Below, one piece after another: positions 1 through 14,300 of a stretch of DNA of 64,000 bases (the stretch's first letter is position 1; every line of letters begins with the position of its first letter). The translations under genes were made by a program, and so were the position numbers. This DNA comes from Phoronis australis (taxonomy: Eukaryota; Animalia; Phoronida), in the NCBI GenBank assembly GCA_002633005.1, contig NMRA01000439.1, forward strand, positions 124,001 to 188,000, read 5' to 3'. The notes under the pieces were generated by a model, which saw only the letters and a list, made by a program, of their open reading frames with translations, did no database searches and was not told the origin of the DNA.

Positions 1-1020
1 AAAGATTGCAGTTGTGCAAATTACGACTACAAATCAATGTTCTTACAAAAATAAACTTTTTTAAGACTACAGTATCATGTTGCATTTTGAAGTTTGTTAT
101 CAAATTTGCTCTCCCTACAAATCAAGTTGTCGTAGGCCGAGCAGGCGAGTGTTGAGGTCACTCCACAGTTTCCTGAAAAATGCCAACTCAAGCAAAACCC
201 CTCGAAAATCTTGTTAAACTTACGCATAAGGGAAGCCACAAAAATAAGGCACAGTTATCAAAATTGTAAACAGCAATATCAGGATTCCTTTGCCAGAAAA
301 TACCTGCATGTGGTAACTAGGTGAAGACAATTCTGACCAGGTATCAGTAAAACAATAATACAAATAAGCTTCATGTAGTTAAGCAGCATCAATCTTACAT
401 ACTCGTGCAGCAGAATGCAAGATCGATTATATATCTACCCATCTTGCAGAAAGGAAGGAAAGCACAGGCACAAAATATTGGCAAAATCTGGTTGCTTTAC
501 AACAGTAACTTACACAGAATGGCAGTTTTTGGAGTGGTGCATTACTCCAACTGTACATTCCGATAACAACTGCGCTGCCGACGATATCGCCAAAAAAGTC
601 ATTTAATAGAAAATGGGCAAGTCCAGATCCATGCAAAGTAGCAGACTGGACATGCAAACTGGATACAAAAGGGTAGTTGATGATGACATACGCCCACACG
701 GTTCTGCCCAAATAGTTTGTGTAAAAAAATTGTATGACATTAGTTTATGCAACCTCGGACCAAAAACAACATTCGTCACGAGCCAGCATGCAGGCACATT
801 TAGCCAGTTACCAACTATCATTTGTGTCACCATGAGCAGTTTTTCAACTACCCTGTACTGGTTACTTCAAGGACATAATAGGTAATTTTTACAACCGAGT
901 CGATTGGAGCAAAGCAGTTGAAGTGCCTTGCTCAAGGACACAGTCACACGACTACACTACTGCTAGTACCTACCTAGAATTGCACCCACAACTATAAAGA
1001 TTTAGCACTACAACCACCTT

Positions 1021-1406
1021 AGATTGTGTTTGGCGACCTGGGAAAAATTCCAAGTCATCACGAGGTCACCACAGCGAGGATCAAAGTATTTCCCTCTAAA
1101 TTCATTTCAAGGTTCGAGTAGACTTCCAAACTTGAAATTACTAATGTTGTTCCTAGATTTGTTACCTTTGATTCACGGTTGTTCCATTTAGTGTGTGAAC
1201 TGAACGTATTTGCCACCATGTTGTTTAAATTGCAACACTAAGTAAACAGTTAGAAGTGTGAATTATTCTGGGAAAAATAAGGCAAGATCGGCGAAATTTG
1301 TGTCGCTTAAGACCAATTGGTCGGCGGGAGGAATAACTGAGTTACAGACCAGATGTATGTACGTTCTAGGCAACCTAGGATTTTTCCCAGGTCGCCAAAT
1401 GCGACT
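1021..1406. mobile_element. MITE with ~22-bp terminal inverted repeats, in DMXL intron 1
   Basis: TTTGGCGACCTGGGAAAAATTCC (1029-1051) is the near-perfect reverse complement of GGATTTTTCCCAGGTCGCCAAA (1378-1399); non-coding interior. Confidence 0.65.
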
Positions 1407-1594
1407 TGGCGCTAAGCTAAGCGTCGAGCACTGCATTATCTGAATAGACACAAATTTCTCAATTCCAAGACCAAAGGGTTGTAACCATAATCCCAAAGAC
1501 TGCTAAGATTAAAGGTGACGTATTAAGAATGTTTTTCTTTGCTGCAATAAGCGACTATCAAGATATGTGGACAATTCAATCTACACTACTACAG

Positions 1595-1684
1595 CTAGGC
1601 CTAGCCACAGCATAGCCATAGGCCTAGCCACAGCATAGCCATAGGCATAGGCTGGCATAGGATAGGCATAGGCTGGCATAGGCC
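1595..1684. repeat. Short degenerate tandem repeat (TAGCCACAGCATAGCCATAGGC / GGCATAGGCTGGCATAG)
   Basis: Directly visible repeated units. Confidence 0.7.
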
Positions 1685-1914
1685 ATTGAAAAGGTAAAGT
1701 CCGCCAATGTCACAATACTTTGTTTTTGTATTTGAAGAGTGCTAAAAAGGTACAAGTTTACAATGCACAATGAGAACTTAACTGAAATCTCCAATCGCCC
1801 TTGTGGGCAGCCCAAGAAGAACGTGACTGAGCGAAATACAGACAGGGGTGAATCAGCTGATAGTTCGCTACCGATTTATCAGCTAGACTCAGAGACATCG
1901 TTAGGCCTACTCAC

Positions 1915-2001
1915 CGTGAATGGAATTCCTTCCACACTGCCCACAGCGAAGCAGTGCTCGCCCGCATTGACAGCACCAGTGAGAACCTGGTGTCGGTTCA
2001 T
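1915..2001 (-). CDS. DMXL1: DmX-like protein (DMXL1/DMXL2, Rabconnectin-3 alpha), coding exon 1; gene continues beyond the window start
   Basis: Minus-strand ATG at 2001 gives MNRHQVLTGAVNAGEHCFAVGSVEGIPFT, matching the DMXL N-terminus (human DMXL1 MNLHQVLTGAVNPGDHCFSVGSIG...). The 87-nt exon ends at donor GTGAGT (1914). Too short for the ORF track; probably a single pro-orthologue of DMXL1 and DMXL2. Confidence 0.93.
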
Positions 2002-2260
2002 TCTCAATCCTAGATGAAAAGGAAAACAGAAGTAAAAATCAAGATTTTCCGCATTTTAGAATGAGAGACGACCCGGGGTCAGCCATATTGGATTATTATA
2101 TATTTCGATAATAAAAGCTAATATATACTCATTAACTTTTGAATGCTTTGAAAGATAAATGCAGCTAATTGTGTCCATATATATTTACTACATCAATCTC
2201 TTGAAATAATGAAGCATATTTTAACTCACTTGACCGAACTCCCATAATGCATCTGCAAAA
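2002..2260. promoter_or_regulatory. Bidirectional promoter between DMXL and DTWD2
   Basis: Only 259 bp separate two divergent ATGs; YY1-like GCCATATTGG (~2082-2091) and Staf/ZNF143-like CTCCCATAATGCATCTGC (2239-2256). Confidence 0.7.
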
Positions 2261-2361
2261 ATGTCTGCGCCCACATTTGGAGAAGCCGAAGATTTTTTAA
2301 GCCATTTCAGCGAGATCACGCCAGATCCACCGAGTCGGAGAGAAGTCTGTGAACGTTGCAA
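2261..2361 (+). CDS. DTWD2: DTWD2 exon 1
   Basis: [33 protein letters not shown]; donor AA|GTGAGT. Confidence 0.88.
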
Positions 2362-5300
2362 GTGAGTTTCCTAAAGATAACCTTTCGGTAATTGTTATTA
2401 AATGACAAATTTGACATTTACGATTCGACTGTCCACAAAAATCCACCACTGGCACAGCTGCCGGGGCGCTGGGGGAGCACTGACAATGAATGAAACTTGC
2501 ACACGGGATCTCCAGAGAGTGACCCAAATGTCCAACCTGATCGACCAATGTATAATTCCCTATTGCCAAGATTTTTTTCAGACCCCTCAATGCCGCAATT
2601 TTGGGGCCAAATACTTGCGACAACATCCCCCTGTGTCAATGATTAAAAAATAATGCTAGTCATGCACTTCTGCTTTAACCTGAGCTTCTTGACTGAGGCA
2701 CTGCCAATGAAGGCACAGGAGCTTATTCCAATCATTTAGATCATGGCTATAGTCTATAGATGCACCAAGAGAATGGGGAACATAGCTATATAGAACCAAC
2801 AGAAGGGTGAGATTCGTTATCTCACCACTATGTGACGTACTTGTTGACGGTGGATGTCATTAGATGCTGCTTGACCTTCGATCGGGATCATTCATTGTCT
2901 GACTTCGATCGAATGTCAAACAGCAGATAATCACACATGTCACACTGTAGCAAGATTGCAAATTTCCTTACAATTCCGGTGTACGCCGTACGCCCTTCTT
3001 TACTTATGATGCATTCTGGGTATATTAGAAATAGAAGCATGCTCTAAAAGTTCCAAATGTGCTCTCTGGGAAGAAGGGTGGTGACTGGGGGGTGTAATTT
3101 GTGGTGTCCGTGGGGTGGGCACAATTTTCCCCAACACCAGAGAATTCTCTCAGAAGGCACAAACAGCTTTACCCTGTGGCTTAGCTGAGCAAGAGCCCTG
3201 TTATGATAAAAAAATGCTCCGTACTCAAATCCTGGGGCCCAGGACCATATTATTCACCTGGACTTGAGCGAGTAATCTGAACCCCAGGACTGGAATTTGT
3301 GTATGTGTATGGCGCATTTAACGGCATGTGTGTGGAGCTTCTAGGGTTATGGTTCTGGGGATTTGTGCCATAAGTTTGGTAACTACTGGCCTGGGAATAG
3401 GGGTTAGAAGCTCGTTGCTAGAATTTAAAGGCATGACCATGGGCTAGCAGCTCTACCATATCGCTGGTCCCCTATGTGCCTAGCCAACAGGCAGGTATCA
3501 CGCAGTGGCACACAATTTAACCAGTGTGTGATTCACACTGTATGAATACAGGACAATATCGTAAACAAAAGTCATCGACAGTGGAAAGATGCATTCTGAA
3601 AAGGCGCAACCACAATTTCTAGGATTCATGTTTCCTGAACATAAATTTTAGGCACTGATTTGTCTGTACAACAGACCTCATTTACACTTCAGTCCATCAG
3701 TCATTCCAGCATAGACTATAGAGTATATGATGCCAGTTTGTTTGCGTAAAGTGCTGCCTGTTGAGAATTCGACTAGCCAATTAGAAACGCTGGTGTAAGA
3801 AAATTCCCGTGATACCTGCATGCTGGCTACTGACACTTAGCAGCCCGCAGGGAACCAGCAAGCTCTACCATCTGAGCTGAGTGACAGATGTGGCCATGCC
3901 ATAAGCCCTCTATTTACCAGAAGCCTTTTGGCTAATAATGGCTTACATTTACTAAGACATCGAAGTCATTTTCTTATAAGTACCATTCATTGCATATGAC
4001 GCTGTTGATGTCCTTAAATCCTTCTAACATGAAGAAATTAAACTTCAGTAATTAAGAATTCTTTCTCCATTCTTCTTTAGTTATAAACAAAATTGTTGAC
4101 ATTGCCATTTTGTTACTTAGGCAGGAGAGTAGCGATCCTGGTGGCCAAGTTTCAGGCACTAACAATCCTGGCGGACCGCTAATATTGTGTGTCGGCAATT
4201 CGCTCACTCAAGAGGTCATGGAACTTGACTTTGAGGTGATTAAAAAATTTACATGTATGGTGTAATAGACAAGTGCAGTCATACGAAAACAACAAAAATG
4301 GCTAGTTCACAATTTCATTGACAAATGAAGTGATTTGTTTGTAAGAATTCTTGATTCCCTAAGTATTCGTTTGAGACATTGATAACCTCCTGAGATGTCT
4401 GTCTATGCTCCAATACATGGGCGGTACAGCACTGAAAAAAGTGAGGGGCTAAAGCCCCCTCAGCCCCCTATGGTGCGCCACCCATGCAATAGTCTGTATT
4501 TTGATGGTTTAGCCAGCATGAAGCGTCATTTTCAAAAAATATTACATCATACAGAGTATGTTAGGAAGTGCCACTGTCGAGGCCATGGAATACCTGTCAC
4601 CCTCTGTCGGTAGTCATCATACCGACACAATTGAGAAAAAGAACTAAAATTTGCTTTTGCCGAAGGGCTCATTTCCCCGGGGTACTCGTCTGCTGGTCAC
4701 CTGGTGTTTTGTTGCTGAAACACCACGCTTTGTGGTGGTTAACCTACTACTAACTCTTTTGTCGCACTAATTTAGTTTCGAAGCAACATGTATTGCTACA
4801 GTCTTTCTTATGCCAAATTATTTATGGAATGTTATTTGCTCATGTGTGCAATCGCCCAGCTGATCTGAGTGTAATGGGCGCAGTGTGAAAGTCTTGGAGC
4901 ATTATTCAAATATCTTGTATAATATTTATGAAACAGTTTTCGAAAAGCAGTGGGTGATTGGATATTCTCCAGATGGTACTAAGCAGCCTTTTTGACATCT
5001 GAATTTAGATTGAGAGCAAAAAGTAGTTCATTAGCATGCCAATGGTCATGTGATGAAAGACCCACAGGATTATCTGAATGCAGGCATTTCTACAGCAAGG
5101 TTACTTGCTTCCCTTGCAATACCTAGTGAGTTTGGAGTCCCCCATTATGTCCAAACGTCATTCAGTCCCAGTGGCCAATCTTATAGTGTAATGCTGAAAA
5201 GTGAACCTTCACTGCACCCGTCTCTGTTATCGTGTAATCCAACAATACTGCAGTTACACGGGATATTTCACTTCTTCACAAGTAGTGTGCATGACACACA

Positions 5301-8300
5301 ACTAGCGTCCTCTGTGTACAGCTACGCACCAGTTGTGAAAGCCCGTACAAAGGGTAAGCAAAACAGACGCTTTTGTGTAGCCACTTTATGTCATAATCCA
5401 AACTGAAAGTGCCTGAGACAAAGGTTCCTTAGGTTTCCAGGGGATCCAGGCAAGTGAAACCTGGGCATAGTTTTTATAAATTCAATTACCGTTATACTGA
5501 TATAATCGAATATACAGTGACACAATCAAATTTTGGCCTTAATTTTCAAACACTTTGGCTCAAACATTGATATGATGAAATTCAAGCTCAATTTTCAGCT
5601 TTAGAGAATTTGTTACTTATTGTACAATGTCTCTTACCGTTGTTTTTGTGAACATTATAAACTTCAGTCTTTGCAGAAAGTTTTTGTTCCGTTATTGCAA
5701 ATGACATGTCGTGTAGAGCATTACTGTTAACCATACACGTACTCTTGATACTTTTACCGCTTAGTAATTTTTATCTCCAACAAGAATAACTAAGGTATCA
5801 AATGTTGGGTTTAAGATAATGGCAGATTATTGACCTCAAGGTTAACAGGTCAAGTGTTTGTTTTGTGAATAATTTGACCTTCACTGGTTTCAACTCTTTA
5901 GAAATTGTGTAATATTTGGCTTTAGGCATAGGGCCTGCCCTCACCTAAGGAAACGATGCCTGTGACTTCTGAGAGTAGGATTTTTTGTGCAAAGGGGAAT
6001 CTCCAACTGCATTCACTACAAATTCGACTGGGTCTGTGCGAGTTCAAGTGATTCTAAACTTTGGGGGGCTGATAAGAGGAATTTTGCATGAGGTTGAAAT
6101 ATTTTTCAAAGTAGAATGGAGCCGATATTCGTCCCCTTATTGAGCCATCGGGGCCTTACCAATACATGTCGTACTTGTGATCAGTTATTTTGGTAGAGAT
6201 ATAATAGTCTGATGTTACCAACATTTGGACGTTTTTCGAAGAACATAGCAACTTGCTATTTAATTATCGCCTCATGGCAAGCTTGCTATGTGGACGTCCA
6301 ACTGATGCCTAAGTCGACTTTCACCTTGGGCGTCTTACTTCAGGATATTTACTTACCTTATGTGTTAGTTAATTGATACTCTATCCCCATGTAAGCCCTT
6401 GCAAGTCCTGTATAGGATTTTACACTGCACTGAAACTAGCTGTGATGTCATAACTCAGGTTAAAGGTCCAATAATAGATTGTCTCACTGCTAAGTTTTTG
6501 TTCCTCTGTTGTCTGTAGTCATCTGCTGGCAGTTGGTTGTCTCTGATTGGTCAGTTTTGTTGGAGATGGGGGTCCTGGATTTAGTTTAGGGATCTAGTTA
6601 GCCTTATTTGTGAGTTATTTGAAGGATTTTTTGACGTCACGCTGCTTGATGCTCTGGTGTGTGAAGCCACGGTGAGGTCACAGAAGCTAAAATAGTTTAG
6701 AAATGGTTATTCAGTATTCAGAGTTCATTCACCCTGAACTAATATGATGTGCTCTGGGTGTCCTTAGCATCAGACATGACCTGCAAATACTTCAGAAACT
6801 TAGCTTCAAGATTTGATTTAAAGAGTAGTCTGCTGATGTTCTGAAAAAAATGGAGTTTGGAGAATCCGTTTGCTAAATGTTCAAAGCTGCCGTCACTGAA
6901 ATACGTTGATGAAGTGAAAATTTGTTTCGTCAAATCACCTGACTAAAAGACAGATCAACAAATATGCAGTATGTTAAGTCAAAAAAAAACAAGTTGGATC
7001 TTGTTTGTAGCCTGACTCATTTTGGGTCCAGCACTCACTGACGCTGCCAACGTCAATATCAGCCACACTGTGGGGTGTGCTTGGAAGCAAACTCTGTACT
7101 TATTGTAAAAAACACAAAGCCGCACATAGTGTAAGCTTTTTGGCAACATCAACTAAATTAGTACTGTGTTATGTGTCATAATAGATGTTGACAAAGTTTC
7201 CAGTATTTAGAATCTTTGAAAACTAAGACCAAATTTCTGCCTGATGTTACTTTCATGAAACAGATCCCAAAAGGTTTTATTAACTGAAGAAAAGTTTTCA
7301 CTTTACTGCAGGCTTCACCATGTTCATAGTCATGCTTTGAAATGAACAAGACTTGGTTCAGTTTATTGCAACCATAGGGGTGATCACGTTGTAGTCTGCA
7401 AAGAAATTTATTCTTGAAGTATCTGTTTTGACTCCTAATCACCCTTTCTACTTTGGCTACCTTAGCAGTAAGGCATCCCTTTGAAATCACCATAACTTCA
7501 GGTAATGAGTGATGACTATGGGGGTGGGGGTGGGGGTGTAGAATTTAGCATTGATGGTGACTGGATTTTCCTCTCATTCAATAAAAAAATTATCGAAAGT
7601 CACATGCACATACTTTTCTCCTAAGGCGAATGAGAGCTATGTGATGCCTAGAAATTGTTTCTTATCTGAGCAAGGAATAAGATAAGACTTGTTTTACAAG
7701 TGGCCCAAATCCACAGAGTTGATTTTTACAGAAGACAGCGTTTATTTCCCTTTGTAAAGAAGCGATAGAAATTTATCTATTTTTTATTGTCCCTTATTTA
7801 GAGGCAATTAGAATTTGCGCCCTGTGTTTGAATTACGTTTCCGGCTACTTAGCTGTTTATACATTTGAAAACTTCAACAAGCTGAACAGTGCCCCAGCTG
7901 TGAACTATGCAGGCCTGGTTGATTTATTGTCCCTGAGACAACCAGGCTGTAAATCTTGATCCAACTAAATTGCATTTGGGTCAAGTGACAGGCCCTCAGC
8001 TGAACCTATACACATAAGAACTACCAACATCAATAATTTGGTTGAAAATGTTGATAATATAAAAGGGAATCCTGGTGCAATGTTATCAGTGATATCCCGA
8101 GACAATTTGCCAAATATTAACAGATTGAAAAGTTCATTGGACATAATGTTGCAGTCTACAAATGGTCTTGACAGCCAGTGCAGCTTACCTACTACATGGT
8201 TCCTTAGCCTCTCATTCCAACTCCATATACAAGCTTGTGAAACTTGTTCCCCACCGAATCTTTGCTCCTGCAACAAACAGTAATTGTATTTTTATTTGGA

Positions 8301-11300
8301 CCTCTGGGTCAGTAGGTCACAGGGAAACCATGTTAAAGAGCTTCATTACACAGATGAAGATGATGAGTTAAGGAGAAGGGCTTGGCTCAATGCTATCTGA
8401 TGACATCATAGATAACTTGAGGATGTGTAACGTGATTTAGTAATTTGGGTTTTTTGCAATGCATTACAATTACCATTCACCTAAAAGTGAGTATGCTTGC
8501 CTCAAGAATCTTTCCCGAAAAAACATTTGGTGCAATCTTAGTAGTGTTCTCCGTGACCTGCTTTAACAGGTCGCCGCGATCTGATCTGTTTAAAACACAC
8601 GACACAATTGATTTTTTTTAAATTTGATCAAAAATATCATTTTGTGTGTTCAGTGCTGCACACTGTCAAAATTTTCAAAGTGGTTGTAAACATAACCTGT
8701 TCGAATTGAGTGTGGAGAACACTGCTTACTTAAAAATTTCCAATGTATTTTGAAGCTCAATTTCAATGTTTTACTTTTTATAAAGGTTGACTCCTTGTAG
8801 TTGCACCAACACCATGTCGCAGTGTGACCATTCAGTGCTTTCAATTTTAATGTGGTCATGTAACAAGTGTTGTTTCATGTCATATTCCTGGCATGTTGCC
8901 AAGTTAACTGATGCCACCAGATAACTAGGAGTTAACAACCATTCCACAGTGCATTTGAAAAACGAAAGCAGCCCTGTAGGTGAAATACCTCGAACTGAGA
9001 CTTATGATTTATTTAGCTCTGATAGTTACTATGTATCATTAGAAAATGTCAAAATTTGGCTAATTTGAAAAGGTATCTCAGAAATAATTGATCAGATTCA
9101 AGTAAAACTTCCACATTTGTTTTATGCATTGTTCTTCAAAACGCTGCGATGAATTGTATTTGAAATTTTCTACTTTTACACGAGGGCTTTTATCAAAAAC
9201 AGGATTTTAGGGTTTTCATGTGAAAGCTCACAAGTTCCATAAAACAGAAACAAAATAATTTAGAAATTTTTAAATTGTTATGGCTTTTTTGACATTTCAT
9301 CATGAAAATGATTATTTATTTTGCTTGGATTGTACCATTTTTGCTTAATTTTACTAAAAAAGCATGGCCACGTGACCCAATTACTAGCAGATTGGTATAA
9401 TGCTAAAAATCAAATGAAGCAAGGTTTTTACATTCACAGAATAGAATATTCTGCATATATTTTCTTAAAATAGAATCTGATCTTTTACTTTGCACCAGTG
9501 TACCATTAATTGGTTGATGCAACCATGTCTTGGTAATAACGAAAAAGAAAGGTACATTAATTAGAAAATTACGGTACTACAACAATAACCAATTTTCTTT
9601 TTATCAAAATGAATTCTCCAATTAACTTTTTGTTTTCGTTTTATGGAACTCCTGATTTTGCCATAAAACCCTGAAAGTGATAATTTTTTACTGGACCCTC
9701 ATGCAAAATTGGAACAATCTTAAGGCAATTTATCCCTAATGGTGTTTTGGAGAGTTGTGCATAAATACGTAGCTAAGTTTCAGCGATTATTTCCAAATAG
9801 CAAAATTAGAAGTTTTTCTTCAAGGTTTACACATGATCTTAAATTCCGTAGTTTTGTAGCCATGTAAAGATTTATTGATTAGGAATTGTAACCTCAAAAG
9901 TGCTTTAAATTTTAATACCATTAATCTAACATCCTAGTAAAATACATGTAGTGATTGTCTTGTTTGAACAAGATCAAATAATCTTCATCACTATATAACT
10001 TCTTCACTTATCTCGCATAAAATTATTGCCAAAATTCTTTTTTTGTTTTTTCACATTTTTCAAAAGGTTGTGGAAACTTTACCACACGTTGCAAACCCCG
10101 CAAATATTTCTTAACCTCTATTTTTGTGAAGAAATTTGACAAAATTAGAATTTCACTCGTTAGGCATATGTACGCTAAGTACGTGAATACTTAGTACCGT
10201 ACGTGGTCTTAGAATTCAAAAATCAATGTTTAGCCCACACTGTGATCTTTGGATTGAAAAATCAATGCGTCACTCAGACTTGATTGAAGACAAGTGTTGT
10301 GTTAATTTAGAACATCATTGTTGAAGTGACTGCTATTGTGTCTGTGGGTGTCATTATATCAACTTATCCATTAAAGTCTGTGTTAGTTTGCTCGATTACC
10401 GTGTTCACTCAGATTTCTATTGAGAAGCAATGAAGGCGTTTGATAATTTTTATAATTGCATAGGTATTGCCCACTTCACAAGGCTGAGCGTGTCAACCAA
10501 GAGCCGGACGTGAATAGAAGGTTGACAGTGTTGAGCTATCTTTGTATTAGTTGCCTTAGTCAAAGGTATACGGTGATGTTTCCTCAAATTTGAACAAAAA
10601 TAATTGCCAAAATTGTCATTTTCCATTTTTACTTGGTGAAATAAAATTTTGTTGCTTTGTCATTTTTTGTTTGTCTCTTTGTTCGCTTGCAACAGATTCT
10701 TATTGGATCAATGAGAAATATACATACAACATGTGTCCCGTGAAACTTTTCAAGCGCTGTCAGTATTGTGAACCAGTTTCTTGCTACGACTAACCGTTCG
10801 AGTGATATTCGAGATTTAACGCTCAGATGACTGCTCTTTTATTGATCAGTTATATGTAGCTGCATGCTGTGACGTAGTCATATTTTTGTTAAGAGATCGC
10901 ATTTTTTGTTTAATGGATATGAAATTTAGGTACAGTGTTAACTTAGTCAATAGCCCGAGAATTTTTGTTCTTGTGCTAAATTGGACGCAAGATGGCGCTG
11001 TGGCGGCCATTTTTCAAATTATGTTTGGGCAGCTCTTGCTTCGTGATCCCTTGGCCGAACCTTTTCAAATTTGGTACGTAAATAGATCTCTTCGTGGGCT
11101 ATCTAATACTTTGATTTCATCATCGACCTCGCCATTTTTATTTGATTTCATCAAGTTACACTCTTCAGAGCACTTTCATTTGAAAGGTCACTGCATAGTT
11201 AAAATTGATAAAAATTTCATCTAATGTGTTTGTTGATGACAGCTATATAAAATAAACGCTTTATGTACTTGAATTGATTGGGTTGTCGAAAATGTGCATA

Positions 11301-14300
11301 ACATGAAATTTCAGCGTTCGGCCTTGTTGTATAGTCAATTGAAGAAATTTTACCACACTTGCATTGTGAGGAACTCAAATTCTTTGTCAATAAGCATTCA
11401 CTAAGAATTGAGTGCTGTAAACAAGCTTTAAAAAAGACCTGCGAGGCTGCGACCGGGTCTTATTTTTGTATTCGAAATAAATTTTGAAATTTTTTTTGAG
11501 ATTTTACATTCTACTTTTGTCCGGAAACAAGATAAACGTCTAGTAGTACTCGGATACACTATGGTTTGCGTTGTTAGCTGTCTAAGTCTACCTTGTGCTT
11601 GATGGCGTCAGTATTAAGTTCGAATCTGAACTCGAGTTTTTAATTGAAATTTCAAACTTTTCCTCGAGATAATATCTTGAATCTAGGGGTCATCAAGCGC
11701 GAACTTGGACCAGATGCTAATCAGCAAAAATCATAGCGTAATGTTAATTGTATCTTCTAGATTTTTACGTATGGCCATCGGTCATGATGCACATTTATCT
11801 TGAATTTACACAAAAGGTAGAGCGTAAACTGTCAAAAACAATTTTGAGTTCGATTTTGAGTACAAAGATTAAACCTCAGCCACTGATGGTATGAGTGGGA
11901 ATGTGCAAAAGTCAAAATTTCTCAGAATTGGGCGGCGTGCCTTTAGCTGAACTTGAGCATTAGCCCGGACAAATATACAAGTTTGTTAGAGCCAAACAGT
12001 ATATTTGATTCCCATCTGTGCCTCACTACTTATAGCTGTATGTTTCTGTTTCTGTGGTGATGTCAGAGGGTAGGCACCGGGATAGTCCCTCCTCCTTCCA
12101 GTATTGCACGCAATGTAAATTTGGAGATGGTGCCCTGTTTATAGCTGGGTAAAACACAAGAAATCAAATTTGGCATTTTACTCTCAAAAAACGGTCTCCT
12201 AATATTATTTATCGTGATAGGATTCCACTTGCATTAACACTTCAAAGTCACAGGCAATGTGTATATTATTCTCCATTTTCAAATTTTAGGGTTGGCCAAC
12301 TTCAATAAAGTTTGAAGCGATGCCTTTGCAAACACAAACACCCCCTTGTTTGATTGTGGTAAGAACCCCTCCCCCCTTTCATCATCTCGGGTAGATTTTT
12401 AACAAGTTATAAGATGTTGTACCCCAGGTATGGATTTTCAAGAAAAAACACTGATGCAAACCAAGTTATATTGATCAGTGTTGTACTTTATTTGCAAACA
12501 TGGCTGTTCTATCAAGAAGCTCTTCAATTAATTTGCATTAATATATTTGAACATAACTAATCTTTAAACCTTTAGTGTTTTTTATCACTAATGCATGTTA
12601 CCTTTTGGGGAGGTTGTAAAAAGTCTAGAAATAGCATCTGTCAACCATTTATTTCAAAATAAGTAGCCAGGTCATAAAAGCTCATTGTCACTTTAGCCAT
12701 TACCAGTAAGCTTTTTTCTGACCTTTAATATGTCTGCGTAAATTCCATATATGTAACGTTACCAGCGTTCTCCCTGAGCAAAAATTCAAACATAGTGCAA
12801 ATTCCGTGTCATCCCTGTATACCCTAAATCCTTTCTGTAAATTCAGAAAAACAATGCTTAGTAAAATTTTCATTACTTTCACTTGCTGGACATTAAGTCA
12901 CTTTCATTCACTGCAAAATAAAAAAGCACCCCTAGGCACTGTCACCAGTTTCAATGATTCATCTTCTAACTCTGGCTTTTCACACATGGCTTCAGATTAA
13001 GCATGGCTCAGGGCTTTTGAAATTTGGCTCAAGATTCCCAAACATGGCACAAAACATTAATCAAACAGGGTGCACTACCTGATGCTTGAATATCCACATG
13101 TAGAGAAAATAGTACTGCCTTAATGGTACTATGGCATAGCCATTGCAGAGTCACTGCGTTTTGCAAGTTTGCCCAATGTTTTAACATACAATTATGAACA
13201 GGAGCATGCAATACATCCATCTACATTGAAAAATTCATGTTCTTACATAGTTAGAACTCCATATGCATACTCCAGTGTACTCTTTCTGGAGAATGAAATC
13301 AAACTTGGACCTCAGATTGCAAGGCTGTACTCCTGAAGGTCAAGTCTAGACATGTGTCTGCAAGACTGCATTGTTTGAATACCTAAATACTTTCACTTCT
13401 GGGGTAGCACATTATTCCCTGCACAGTATAATTTGTTACTCAGTACTGTTTACCAAATCATATTTGGAACCTCTAGCACAATATAAAAATAAGTAAATCT
13501 GTATTTACCGTATCTATCCCAGCAGTCAAATTTTATATGCCGTAATACCGTCCTGGTGCTCTGTTGCTGTTTTCTTGTCTAACTCTTGTTTCTCACTGTG
13601 TATGTCATGCTACATTTACTGCAATCCAACCGCTGTTGACACGTGTTTAATAGACGTTCTACTTGGAGTGATTCTTGTTATATTGTTTAGATTACTCAGG
13701 GCCCTACATTTCTGTGACAATGACTATTGATTTAATTCTCGCCGATTTATTCTGCCGAGACGACCTTTTCATCAGATTAATCACCATGAATATTTCAGAC
13801 TTTTATATCAATATGATTATGGGTTGAGACAATTATGCATTGAGCATTTACATGAGTTTCAGAATAATGTTTGCTTTTTTAAAGATTGACTGTGGGCTTA
13901 TTGTTTATTTTGTGGTAAACGATATGATGTAATGGGGCGGTACTGGATAGAAATGTCATTTGTCCGGGAAAACGCATTTTCACATTAGCCTCGTTTTAGA
14001 AATGTCAGGCTGGATCCAAGAATCATGTCAGGAAATATAGCATCCACCGATACTAGTCAAGTTTATCCAGCTTTCTACCCTCAAAGTTGCAGCCCACGGC
14101 ACAGCAGTATGACTTTCCTGACATATTTGGAAGGTCAAATACAATATTAATGAAATCGAGAACAAATTAAAATGAAAGCGCTCTGAGGAGCGAAACTTGG
14201 CGAAATTAACAGAAAAGACGACGACAAAGATGATGACGAAGATGATGGATATGACGACGATGGTGGTGATGATGAACAATACAAGTAATGATAACATTCA

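Noticed and set aside
1624-1700. Minus-strand MAYASL as DMXL exon 2 (AYASGCD)
   Set aside because: It arises from a simple repeat and the GCDIVIL continuation is absent; exon 2 must lie outside the window.
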